Translations under genes and position numbers: made by a program
The notes under the pieces: model-generated
Database searches by the model: none
The model's input: only the letters and a program-made list of their open reading frames with translations
Told to the model about the DNA's origin: nothing
Assembly (NCBI GenBank): GCA_038867615.1
Contig: JAWBYA010000002.1
Location: forward strand, 256,001-320,000
Direction of reading: 5' to 3'
DNA: 64,000 nt
Source of the DNA: Sulfolobales archaeon
GTDB taxonomy: Archaea; Thermoproteota; Thermoprotei_A; Sulfolobales; AG1
Shown here: piece by piece, positions 1 to 12,618 of the stretch
Position numbering within the stretch: position 1 is the first letter of the stretch
Layout of the letters: each line of letters opens with the position of its first letter

Positions 1-71
1 AATAAAGGCCCGCTTGTTACCAAGAGCCCGAGACTTAGATATGGTTATAAGTTACCTTCGAATCACTATTC

Positions 72-1061
72 TTGGTTAAGATGCCCAGATGCGATATATG
101 TAGCGCTAGAGATGCTGTTGTCTACCAAGCCCATACGGGGCTGAGGCTGTGTAAGGTCTGTTTCTTTTCAAACGTTGTTGCTAGGGTTTCTAAAGAGATC
201 TTTAGATACGGTATGATTAAGCATGGCGATAGGATCTTGATAGGCATCTCTGGGGGTAAGGATAGCTTTGTGCTTCTAGACATACTCTCACAGATCCACG
301 ATCCGTCGAGGCTTGGTGGAGTAACGATTGTTGAGGGGATAGAGGGCTATAATAGAGCTGAGCATATAGCTGAGATCAAGAGAACAGCTATGGAAAGGGG
401 TGTAGAGCTGCATGTGGTATCTATCAAGGAGCTTTGGGGAGCCTCTGTAGATGAGATGGTTCGGATGTCCATAGAGAAGGGGCAGAGGATCTCTCCATGC
501 ACCTATTGCGGTATTCATAGGAGGAAAAGTCTGAATCTCATGGCTAGGGAGCTCGGCTATAGTAAGGTAGCCACGGCCCATAACCTAGACGATGAGGTCC
601 AGACCATAGTGATCAATATACTCAGGGGAGATATAGCTAGGCTCTACATGAACCACCCCCTAAGACCCAAAGGATCTGGGCTCTTCATAGACAAGATCAA
701 ACCTCTGAGAAAGATCTATGAGTGGGAGACGGCTAAATATGCATATCTAGCCGGCTTCAAACCCCAAGATGTTGAATGCCCCTACCTAGAGCTCTTCCCC
801 TCGCTCAGAGCTAGGGTTAGGGATATGATCTATAGGATTGAGGCTTCAAAACCAGGCTCTATGCTAAGACTGCTCGAATGGTTTGACAATACGTTCAACC
901 CATCAAAGCAGAACAATAGAGAGACGCCAAAGCTAGGTTTATGCTCGATCTGTGGAGAGCCAACATCGCCTAACAGATCTATATGCAAGTCATGCGAACT
1001 CCAGATAAGATCCCTTGGTGAGGTAAAGATCGCTAAGAATGTTTTGAAAACACAGCCATAG
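72..1061 (+). CDS. tRNA 2-thiolation protein, TtuA/Ncs6 (TIGR00269-like)
   Basis: N-terminal CxxC/CxxC, PP-loop SGGKDS, CTYC, TAHNLDD, C-terminal Zn finger CSICG...CKSC. Confidence 0.9.
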   Translation: MVKMPRCDICSARDAVVYQAHTGLRLCKVCFFSNVVARVSKEIFRYGMIKHGDRILIGISGGKDSFVLLDILSQIHDPSRLGGVTIVEGIEGYNRAEHIAEIKRTAMERGVELHVVSIKELWGASVDEMVRMSIEKGQRISPCTYCGIHRRKSLNLMARELGYSKVATAHNLDDEVQTIVINILRGDIARLYMNHPLRPKGSGLFIDKIKPLRKIYEWETAKYAYLAGFKPQDVECPYLELFPSLRARVRDMIYRIEASKPGSMLRLLEWFDNTFNPSKQNNRETPKLGLCSICGEPTSPNRSICKSCELQIRSLGEVKIAKNVLKTQP

Positions 1062-1122
1062 GGATGCGATATTCCAGCATCTTAATAAACCGCCCAACCC
1101 CCACTTACTGAGGGATGAGCTT

Positions 1123-1578
1123 ATGGGAGCTGAGAGCTCTAGCGAGAAGCAAGAGAAAGGATCCGGGGTTGTCGAGCTAAGACTCAGGGGGGTTGTTGAG
1201 GGCTTTGGAGAAGGGATCCTGCTTGTCATAGATGATTTTATTTCGTTCCTAGGAGATCTAGATCCTAAGAAAGGAGTTCTTAGGAAAAAGGGATACGAGG
1301 ACGTAGAGGTTAGGGATAAGATCCTCGTGTTCAGAGGATCTAGAGGCTCTACTGTAGGTACATATGTTATCTACTCGATCTCTAAGGCTGGTTTAGCCCC
1401 GAGGGCCATGATAGTTGACAAGGCAGACCAGGTGGTGATAACGGGATGCGTGGTGGGCAATATTACCCTTGGAGAAACCCTTGGATTCAGAGTAAAAGAT
1501 CTCGCTAGCTATAACGGTCGACACGCAGTTGTGAGAATAAAGGGAAACGAGGGAGTTCTGGAGATCCATAGTAGTTGA
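1123..1578 (+). CDS. DUF126 / aconitase X swivel subunit (probable phosphomevalonate dehydratase small subunit)
   Basis: ISFLGDLDPKKG and RGSTVGTYVI motifs typical of DUF126. Confidence 0.8.
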   Translation: MGAESSSEKQEKGSGVVELRLRGVVEGFGEGILLVIDDFISFLGDLDPKKGVLRKKGYEDVEVRDKILVFRGSRGSTVGTYVIYSISKAGLAPRAMIVDKADQVVITGCVVGNITLGETLGFRVKDLASYNGRHAVVRIKGNEGVLEIHSS

Positions 1579-1656
1579 TACATGCAACTAAGGCTATGTT
1601 GCTTACAAGGCACTATATATCCCCTCTAGCCCTTATCTACTGATGAGGAGCGGGTA

Positions 1657-3519
1657 TTGAGGCTACTGGCAATAGCTCTTCTCCTCCTCATACTCTCAGC
1701 GACACAGCTATCATTGCTAAGCGCTAGTACTAATACCAATACTACTAATTGTGTCAGAATAGATGTCCCAGCAGTGGAGGGTCAGAGTGGGAAGGGCAGT
1801 GTTGTTAGCGTAGCTGTATGTATAAACCCAGGCGGTAATAGCCTGAGGATCTATGGTACAGATAAGATCGAGGCCGACACGCTCATATCGATCATAACAG
1901 CATACATCATAGCCCAGCTACTATCAAACAAACCCCCAAGCAGCTATGATATAGATATCAGCTTCGAGAAAAACGTACAAGACGTATCAGGTCCATCTGC
2001 AGGAGCTATTATGACGTTAGCACTCTACAGCCTGCTAAACAACAGTGAATACAACGGCCTGTCTGGCACAGGTGCTATAAATCTAGACGGCAGTATAGAG
2101 GCTGTTGGCGGTATACCGCAGAAGCTCTCCGCTCTAAGAACTTCTGGGCATAAAGAGGTATTCTTACCAATAGCTAATTATATTCAGTACAGACAGCTAA
2201 TAGAATCACAATTCAGGGATCTAAAAGTGCTCCCGGTAAGCAGTATTGTAGATCTTCTCAATACGCCGCCGCCCCGCTGGTCCCTAGAGGCTGGGGAGGA
2301 GTATGTAATATATGTTATATCAAACGTATCAAGAGATCATGAAGCCGTTATGAAGGATCTTCTGGAAAGGCTTTCGAACATTTATATAAGCAGGGTATCT
2401 GATACAGGTTCCACGGAATATAGATTAGTAATGAGTATAGTGGATAAGGTTAGAAGAAACCCCCCGAGCAATGGGTATGCTTTGATAAACCTATACTACC
2501 TATCACTGGTTCAGCTTATCCAAGCTATAGTGGATAGAGATCTCAACGGGTATGGTAGGATCCTGATCCAGCGGGCTGTTGAGGAGTATAACAAATCGAT
2601 AGACAGGCTTGCCACGGTCTTCTCAGATATACCCAGATCTATGGATCTCGACAGGTTCCTACTATACCTACTGATCTTTGAGAGAGCTGTAAACCTGGCC
2701 AGCTATGATGGTGTGGTTAAGGCTTACACAAGTAGCGGTGATACAGGATCTATAGCCAGGGTAGCGGGCACGCTATATGGAAGAGCCCTCTCAATAGATT
2801 ACTGGCTAGATGTGCTGGGTAACATGACGCATAGCACAGGAGCAACTGTGGAACTGGATAGTGCCTATGGTGTGTCTAGAAACATCCTCCGGATTCTCGG
2901 TGTCTCCAGAATATCTGATACTGCTGTTTCGAACCTAACTAAGATCATAGGCCCTAGAGTAGATCTTGCTGCCCTAGAGACCCTGAACACCGTTTATACT
3001 CTATACTCGTATCTACAGAACTACTCATACACAGTGAGAGGGTCGACATTATCCCAGATTATTAGTCGGGGAGCGGGGACTGGGGCGAGCTCCAACGCCT
3101 TAGATCAGCTGAAAACAAGCGGCTATATAACAAACATGCTCGGAATCATGCATAGCGGCATGGCTAGGAGCATCTATAGCTTCCCACTGTGGGTTCTCAA
3201 CAACACAGATCCACAGTCACAAGATACAGGAATCCTTGTCAGCTCCTTACTATCAACAAGCGCCTCCGCTCTGTCTCTCAACATGCTCTACATGATCCTC
3301 TCTAAAAGGGTTAGCACACCACTCAGTCTAGAGCTTAGCGGTGAGGCTAAGAACGTTCTACAAGGCCCCGCAGAAAGGAGATATCCCGCTGATATCCCAA
3401 TAATAGAGCTGGAGAGACTATCACAACTCCTAACCTTAGCATCTATAGCCATCTCTACTATAACATTATTAATATACATTGCTTTATCCAGAAGCGGTAA
3501 ACCAAACCCAAAGCCGTAG
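1657..3519 (+). CDS. Secreted, membrane-anchored S16 (Lon C-domain) serine protease
   Basis: Signal peptide, SGPSAG catalytic Ser, VGGIPQK Lys, C-terminal TM helix; the stop codon lies inside repeat copy A. Confidence 0.8.
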   Translation: MRLLAIALLLLILSATQLSLLSASTNTNTTNCVRIDVPAVEGQSGKGSVVSVAVCINPGGNSLRIYGTDKIEADTLISIITAYIIAQLLSNKPPSSYDIDISFEKNVQDVSGPSAGAIMTLALYSLLNNSEYNGLSGTGAINLDGSIEAVGGIPQKLSALRTSGHKEVFLPIANYIQYRQLIESQFRDLKVLPVSSIVDLLNTPPPRWSLEAGEEYVIYVISNVSRDHEAVMKDLLERLSNIYISRVSDTGSTEYRLVMSIVDKVRRNPPSNGYALINLYYLSLVQLIQAIVDRDLNGYGRILIQRAVEEYNKSIDRLATVFSDIPRSMDLDRFLLYLLIFERAVNLASYDGVVKAYTSSGDTGSIARVAGTLYGRALSIDYWLDVLGNMTHSTGATVELDSAYGVSRNILRILGVSRISDTAVSNLTKIIGPRVDLAALETLNTVYTLYSYLQNYSYTVRGSTLSQIISRGAGTGASSNALDQLKTSGYITNMLGIMHSGMARSIYSFPLWVLNNTDPQSQDTGILVSSLLSTSASALSLNMLYMILSKRVSTPLSLELSGEAKNVLQGPAERRYPADIPIIELERLSQLLTLASIAISTITLLIYIALSRSGKPNPKP

Positions 3520-3770
3520 CCAGCTGTTTCGGATTTCATGAGGGTTTATATGGATTGATATTAAACCCGTAGTTCTGCAATAATGGAACATTATATAAGC
3601 CCTGTTATTCTATGGGATGCCGCCCAGCAATGAGGGTGGCTATAAAGACCCAAGTGGGCGGGTTAAATAAAAACCAGGATGTGGGGGTTTCCCCACAGCA
3701 TTGAGCTGAGGCCGAGGAAGCCATGGGAAGAGCGGTTGATATCAAAAATCAACCGCAATGAAGCCCGAAC
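3511..3770 (+). mobile_element. Dispersed non-autonomous element, copy A (internally deleted)
   Basis: Starts AAGCCGTAGCCAGCTG, ends ATGAAGCCCGAAC; first ~190 bp nearly identical to 59549-59740; hairpins GGGTTTA/TAAACCC, TGTGGGG/CCCCACA, GCGGTTGAT/ATCAACCGC. Confidence 0.85.
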
Positions 3771-4040
3771 CCCGCATAACCCCTAACAAACCTACATAGC
3801 CTTTCATTTCGATCATCACTGAGTGCTGAAAAAGCTCGCCTCCAGGTAAATCTTTCCCAAGAGTTATCAGGACCCAGAGATCTATTGATCACGAATCCTG
3901 ACTGCTTGAAAGTATGTATCATTAAAGACAGTCTCGTGGTTGGAAGCAAGTGATCATAAACCTTAACTAAATCCCCGCTTGACTCCAAGGCCCCATATGG
4001 GGTGATATTAGTCCCCTTGGGATCTTGGTAATGGTGAAGC

Positions 4041-5363
4041 ATGCTAACCTATGAGCATATGATAAAGGATCCTGTCCATGGATACATAGGGATCACTCGG
4101 GCGGAGAAATGCATAATAGATACTGGGGCTTTTCAGAGGCTTAGGAGAACGTTACAGCTGCCAACCTCTGTCTATGTATATCCAGGGGCTGTGCACACCA
4201 GGTTTGCCCATAGCATTGGCGCTATGCATATAGCCAGCGCGTTTGGCGAGAATATAGCGCAAAGGCTAGGGCTTGTGGGTAGGGATGAGGGTTCCAGGCT
4301 TATCCAGTTCCTCAGACTTGCTCTACTCCTACACGATATAGGCCACGGCCCTTTCTCCCACAGCTTTGAGGAGACGATCCTATACCCAATGGGGGTTAAT
4401 CACGAGATAGTGGGCTCCAGGATCATTGAAAGCAATGACGAGATAGCCTCATGCATAGAGGAGAACAAGGATCTAGGATTTACACCAAAAGATCTTTCAA
4501 GAGCATTGCTAGCCGTTGGAAGCGAGGACTGGCCAGTGCTGGGATACAGTGGTGTTGATCAGGAGATGGAGAAGAGCCTCTTCTATGTGCTTAAAGGGCC
4601 CTTCGCCGCGGATCTCCTAGACTATCTGATCAGGGACTCATACTACACAGGAGCTGGATACGGCTCGGGGATAGATTGGGAGAGGATAGCTAGAAGCACC
4701 ATCCCGCTCCACAGGAGGCTAGGAATACTGGATAAGGCTGTCGATGCATACGAACATGTCCTCATAGCCAGGTTCCACATGTTTGCCACGGTGTATTATC
4801 ATAAGACTACGAGGGCTGTTGAGCAGCTTGTATCGAGACTCCTTGAGGAGAGTAAAAGCTATATTGATTATAGGGAGATGGTGAACAACCCCTCCAGATA
4901 TGTTGAGCTAGACGACACCTATATACTTGGAAACCCCTCTATAAGGGATCTCGAGCCATGCAGAATGCTTCTAAACAGAAAAATACCCTACACTGTTGTT
5001 GAGGAGAAAAGGCTACAGATACCTAGGAGAAACCCCCTCATGATGCTAGCCCTCGATAGGGGTTTTCTTAACAAGCTCCTGCTAGAAAAGCTTGGGAGCA
5101 ACTATAGCGGGGTTGTCTATATAGACACACCACGCCTACCCCTCAACCCGATGCTCAGGGATGATGAGGTTCTAGTGATCTCCGGGGATAGGCGTGTGAT
5201 CAAGGGATTCGAGGAGATGAGCTTTGGAACACTCTCCCACAGTGTCGCTATAGTTAGGCTCTATATGGATAAGAGGCATCTCGATAAGAGGGAGCAGGCG
5301 GTAAAGACATTTAGAGAGATCATCGAGACAAGCTCTATGGAGACCCTCAGGTCTTTCTACTAA
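4041..5363 (+). CDS. HD-domain phosphohydrolase (dNTP triphosphohydrolase-like, COG1078)
   Basis: DPVHG, FQRLRR, HTRFAHSIG, LLHDIGHGPFSH, DLLDYLIRD, VYYHK. Confidence 0.9.
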   Translation: MLTYEHMIKDPVHGYIGITRAEKCIIDTGAFQRLRRTLQLPTSVYVYPGAVHTRFAHSIGAMHIASAFGENIAQRLGLVGRDEGSRLIQFLRLALLLHDIGHGPFSHSFEETILYPMGVNHEIVGSRIIESNDEIASCIEENKDLGFTPKDLSRALLAVGSEDWPVLGYSGVDQEMEKSLFYVLKGPFAADLLDYLIRDSYYTGAGYGSGIDWERIARSTIPLHRRLGILDKAVDAYEHVLIARFHMFATVYYHKTTRAVEQLVSRLLEESKSYIDYREMVNNPSRYVELDDTYILGNPSIRDLEPCRMLLNRKIPYTVVEEKRLQIPRRNPLMMLALDRGFLNKLLLEKLGSNYSGVVYIDTPRLPLNPMLRDDEVLVISGDRRVIKGFEEMSFGTLSHSVAIVRLYMDKRHLDKREQAVKTFREIIETSSMETLRSFY

Positions 5364-5382
5364 GGGTTCTGATGAGATATCG

Positions 5383-8222
<2,840 letters not shown>

Positions 8223-8315
8223 TCAGAATACTATCACGCTATTAACTTATTAAACTAGTCTTTTTCCTTTGCTAAGAGGAAATGCTAAGATATTTACCCC
8301 TTCACGCTTACTTCT

Positions 8316-10319
8316 TTGGTGTGTTTCTTGGTTGTGCGTGATGTTAAAAAGATCCTTGTTGTCGGTGCTGGCACAATGGGGCACGGTATAGCTGAGGTAG
8401 CCGCCATAGCTGGTTATAATGTGACTCTCGTTGACATATCTAAAGAGATCCTTGATAGGGCGCTAGAGAGGATCAGATGGAGCCTCTCGAAACTGAGGGA
8501 GAAGGGGAGCATTAGGGAGGATGTCGAGACGATAATGTCTAGAATAAAAACCTCGCTAGATCTAGAGGAGTCTGCTAGAGAAGCTGATTTCGTGATAGAA
8601 GCAGCACCTGAAAATATAGAGCTGAAGAAACAGATATTCTCAAGACTTGATAGGAGTGCAAGGCCGGGCGTGATCCTTGCTACGAATACCTCCTCACTAC
8701 CAATAGGAGAGATAGCCTCGGCGACATCGAGGCCTGAGATGGTTATTGGTATGCACTTCTTCAACCCACCACCATTAATGCCCCTAGTTGAGATTGTCAG
8801 AGGCCCCCAGACCTCTGATGAAACACTCAAGATCACCGTAGAGATTGCTAAGAAGATGGGCAAGGAGATCGTGATCGTTAACAAGGACATCCCAGGCTTT
8901 ATCGTTAACAGGCTCCTCTCAAGACTCATAGAGCAAGCATGCTACATGGTTGAGGAGGAGGGCTTCTCGATCCAGGCTATAGATAGTGCCCTAAGATACA
9001 GGGCTGGGCTTCCAATGGGTGTTTTCGAGCTTGTCGACTTCACAGGAATAGATGTTGTTGCCTTTATATTCAGCGAGATGAGTGCTAGAGGGTTTAAAGC
9101 CAGGGTATGTAGATCTATCGCTGAGAAGCTAGAGAAGAAAGAACTTGGAATGAAGAGCGGTAAGGGTTTCTACACATATCAAGCACCAGGTGTATATTCA
9201 AGACCATCTATACCGAGGGAGGAGGGTGAGAGGGTTGATATCATTGGGCTCTTCGCACCAATGGTTAACGAGGCTGCATTCCTGCTAGAGAATGGATATG
9301 TAGACTCGCCAGGAACCATCGATACTGCTGTGAAGCTAGGCCTCGGCTACCCACGCGGTGTACTTGAAATGGCTGACCAGTGGGGTGTCGATGCTGTTGT
9401 TGAAAGGCTTAGAGCAATAAGCTCGAAAGAATCTATGAAGCATAATGCTCCTACAGGGTTGCTACTAAAAATGGTCTCCGAGAACAAACTAGGTGTAAAA
9501 ACGGGAAGCGGTTTCTACACATACGCCGGCGTTGAGGAGAAGAGGCTGAAGACGATCACGGTGAGGAAGGAGAACAGGATTGCGTGGATAGTGCTCAGCA
9601 GACCTGAGAGGCTTAACGCTATATCCCCCGAGATGATAGACGAGATCTCTAGAACTATAGAAGAGCTAGAAACGGATGAAAGTGTGAGGGTTATAGTGAT
9701 AACTGGGAGCGGGAGGGCCTTCTCAGCCGGTGCCGATATAACCGCGTTCACAAGCGCGAATCCCGTGAATGCATATATATACTCTAAAAGATTCCAGGAG
9801 GCGCTCAACAAGATCGAGACTACCCCGAAACCGGTGATAGCAGCTATCAATGGCTACGCACTCGGCGGAGGGCTTGAGCTGGCTATGGCATGTGATCTCA
9901 GAATAGCTTCCGAGAACGCTGTCTTAGGGCAGCCGGAGATAAACCTTGGCCTCATACCAGGGGCTGGCGGGACACAGAGGCTCACGAGAATTGTTGGTGT
10001 TGGAAGGGCTAAGGAGATAGTAATGCTTGGCGACCTGATACCTGCGAAGGAGGCTGAGAGGATCGGTCTTGTTAATAGGGTAGTGCCCCACAACATGCTT
10101 GAGAACGAGGTGAGGGCCTTAGCATCTAAGCTTGCTGAGAAGCCCCCAATAGCCATCATGATGAGCAAGGCTGCTATACATCTTGGAGGCGAGGCCCCAC
10201 TAGACTCTGGACTAGCCCTTGAGAGAGCATTGTTCTCGATCCTGTTCTCTACGGAGGATCTCATAGAGGGTGTGTCAGCCTTCCTCCAGAAAAGAAAGCC
10301 AGAGTTCAAGGGGAAGTAG
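8316..10319 (+). CDS. Bifunctional 3-hydroxyacyl-CoA dehydrogenase / enoyl-CoA hydratase
   Basis: GAGTMG Rossmann motif, NTSS, GMHFFNP; C-terminal crotonase FSAGADI, GGGLELA, PEI. Confidence 0.93.
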   Translation: MVCFLVVRDVKKILVVGAGTMGHGIAEVAAIAGYNVTLVDISKEILDRALERIRWSLSKLREKGSIREDVETIMSRIKTSLDLEESAREADFVIEAAPENIELKKQIFSRLDRSARPGVILATNTSSLPIGEIASATSRPEMVIGMHFFNPPPLMPLVEIVRGPQTSDETLKITVEIAKKMGKEIVIVNKDIPGFIVNRLLSRLIEQACYMVEEEGFSIQAIDSALRYRAGLPMGVFELVDFTGIDVVAFIFSEMSARGFKARVCRSIAEKLEKKELGMKSGKGFYTYQAPGVYSRPSIPREEGERVDIIGLFAPMVNEAAFLLENGYVDSPGTIDTAVKLGLGYPRGVLEMADQWGVDAVVERLRAISSKESMKHNAPTGLLLKMVSENKLGVKTGSGFYTYAGVEEKRLKTITVRKENRIAWIVLSRPERLNAISPEMIDEISRTIEELETDESVRVIVITGSGRAFSAGADITAFTSANPVNAYIYSKRFQEALNKIETTPKPVIAAINGYALGGGLELAMACDLRIASENAVLGQPEINLGLIPGAGGTQRLTRIVGVGRAKEIVMLGDLIPAKEAERIGLVNRVVPHNMLENEVRALASKLAEKPPIAIMMSKAAIHLGGEAPLDSGLALERALFSILFSTEDLIEGVSAFLQKRKPEFKGK

Positions 10320-11124
10320 AGAAGCTAGGAAGAATAGCTGGTGCTCTCACCAGACTCTCATGGAGAGAGCCCGAGTATATTTTTAACCCCTCAACACCCT
10401 CTTCCCTAAGGATCCTATTTACATCATCACCACCTATAGAGCCTGGGTCTCTGCTCTTCGAAGCTATCACATAGCTTACGGCATATCCGAATGAGGGAAC
10501 CCATATTGAGTATCCTCTGACATATCTATATACGTTCCCCATGTTCTTAAAGATCTCCTGGTAGTATTCTGGGTAGTAGAAGGAGCATCCAGCCTGGGTA
10601 ACTACAACCCCTTTATCGCTTGTCAATGAATAGAGCTTTCTATAGAAATCCTCTGTATATAGCTTCCTACCTATCTCGGGTCCGTAGGGGTCCGTCAGAT
10701 CAACGATAACAACATCGAAGATCTCTTTTGTTTTCTCAACATATTCAAGACCATCCATTATAACAACACTCGCCCTGGGATCGTTGAAGCTGTTTCTATG
10801 TATCCTTCCCAGGTATTTCTTAGCCAGCTCAACCAGCTCACCATCTATGTCAACCATAACAGCCCTCCTAACACTCCTATACCTCAGAACCTCTCTCAGC
10901 GTGTAACCCTCGCCACCGCCTATTATTAAAACACTCCCAGGCGATCCGTGTGTAACCATTGCTGGGTGTACAAGGGCTTCGTGATATATAGCCTCGTCGG
11001 CCTCTGTTGATTGCACCAGCCCATCGAGTATTAATGAGAGACCATATTCTTCGAAGACTACTATCTCTACCTCTTGATACTTAGTCCTACCCCTATATAG
11101 TATTTCCTTCACACCCATTACCAA
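10306..11124 (-). CDS. speE: Polyamine aminopropyltransferase (spermidine synthase family)
   Basis: LDGLVQ, YHEALVH, IIGGGEG, VDID, DLTDP; the true start may lie about 16 codons upstream. Confidence 0.92.
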   Translation of the reverse strand: MVMGVKEILYRGRTKYQEVEIVVFEEYGLSLILDGLVQSTEADEAIYHEALVHPAMVTHGSPGSVLIIGGGEGYTLREVLRYRSVRRAVMVDIDGELVELAKKYLGRIHRNSFNDPRASVVIMDGLEYVEKTKEIFDVVIVDLTDPYGPEIGRKLYTEDFYRKLYSLTSDKGVVVTQAGCSFYYPEYYQEIFKNMGNVYRYVRGYSIWVPSFGYAVSYVIASKSRDPGSIGGDDVNRILREEGVEGLKIYSGSLHESLVRAPAILPSFSTSP

Positions 11125-11256
11125 CGATGTGGATCTTGATACTGGTTGGATATAGATCAGTCTGTCCCTAAAGGCTACTCACCACAAGAATCTCTCTACC
11201 ATTGGATAAAAGAACCTATTTAATTATACCTCTAGCTATTATGGTGTGGAATACAC

Positions 11257-12609
11257 ATGGATCCTGTGGGGGTTGATAAAGATCTCTCGGTACTCCACCT
11301 AGGAGTAGATGATCTTGATACTTTTGGGTGGGGATGTACTACGTTCTATATATATAGGCTCCTTAAGGAGCTATCAAGAACCCCCCTAGGATCTAGAGTA
11401 AAGCTTATCGACTACCCCTTACTAGCCAGGCTCAACCCCTCTATCCCGTTTAAGACAAGGGGGAACGGGGCACTCTCCCTACACATTGCGGGGGAGGAGC
11501 GAGACCTGGCAGAGATTATAGAGATCGCGCTAGCACTTCTCGACTCGAGATCGATGCCTGGTAGGGAGCCGGGAGTTGTATCGATAATCGGTAAGATCGA
11601 TAAGATGCTGGCTAGAAAGATATATATACACCTCTTGACAGATGTAGCAGATATAACCTATGCAGTGAGGGTTATAGAAAAACTCGGCGGAAAGATCCAT
11701 ATTGGTGGGAGGGGCGTTATAGGCGCCCTCGGATCCATAGCATACCACCTCTACGAGGGTGACTGCACATACGAGCTTCTAGCATACTCAGAAGATATTG
11801 AGAATGTGCACATAGATCGAGATAGTGTTGTTGAAATGGATAGGCTTACAAGCCCTCTCACATTCAACAACATAGATCGAGAGACAGGGAAGATCCTGAT
11901 CAAGCCCTCAACAGGAGCTCCAGTAGCGCTGGGGATAAGGGGCGAGAGCCCCTCAATACTGGTTAAGGCCTATGGGATACTTGGTGCTAGGGGGCTTGAG
12001 GGTTACATGATCCTGAGGACTAACCAGGCTACAGATCAGCACCTGATCCCGAGGAGCATTAGCGACGCCAAATACTATAGGACAGGGCTTTTTAAGGGAG
12101 TAGTTGTTGATAACCCTAAGATCATGAGGGGTGGAGATGTGCTTCTAAGGATCTCTGATGGTACTGAGATCACTGTGGCTATCTATAAAGAGATAGGGGA
12201 GGCTAACAAGGTTGCGAGGGAGCTGGTTAAAGGCGATATAATAGCTGTTGGGGGTTCTGTCAAACCATGGCTCTTGGAATGGTCGGAAACCCCTGTGATC
12301 AATGCTGAGGAGCTTAGGATCTTGAAGCTTGCTGAGAAGCATATCGAGATCCCTCCTAAATGCCCGGCATGTGGTGGGAGTATGGAGAGCATGGGTAGTG
12401 GTAAGGGTTATAGGTGTAGGAGGTGCGGGTATAGAGATAGGAGTGTGTCGAAGGTAAAGGTGAGGGTTGAGAGAAATATCAAGATCGGGGTCTATAAACC
12501 TCCTCCACGCAATATGAAGCATTTATCAAAACCACTGTCGAGGATAGGTTTTGAGAAGATCTGTAGAGCTGCGAGCCCGAGTGGCGGTATAAGCTCTGTG
12601 ATCCTCTGA
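11257..12609 (+). CDS. tiaS: tRNA(Ile2) 2-agmatinylcytidine synthetase
   Basis: GVDDLD, RLNPSIPFKTRGNG, GRGVIGA, TNQATDQH, OB fold, CPACG...CRRCG ribbon. Confidence 0.9.
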   Translation: MDPVGVDKDLSVLHLGVDDLDTFGWGCTTFYIYRLLKELSRTPLGSRVKLIDYPLLARLNPSIPFKTRGNGALSLHIAGEERDLAEIIEIALALLDSRSMPGREPGVVSIIGKIDKMLARKIYIHLLTDVADITYAVRVIEKLGGKIHIGGRGVIGALGSIAYHLYEGDCTYELLAYSEDIENVHIDRDSVVEMDRLTSPLTFNNIDRETGKILIKPSTGAPVALGIRGESPSILVKAYGILGARGLEGYMILRTNQATDQHLIPRSISDAKYYRTGLFKGVVVDNPKIMRGGDVLLRISDGTEITVAIYKEIGEANKVARELVKGDIIAVGGSVKPWLLEWSETPVINAEELRILKLAEKHIEIPPKCPACGGSMESMGSGKGYRCRRCGYRDRSVSKVKVRVERNIKIGVYKPPPRNMKHLSKPLSRIGFEKICRAASPSGGISSVIL

Positions 12610-12618
12610 GTATAACCT

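Noticed and set aside
3749-4042. 97-aa minus-strand ORF and loose C/D-like motifs in this spacer
   Set aside because: The ORF runs into element A and has no recognisable motif; the boxes lack proper order and spacing
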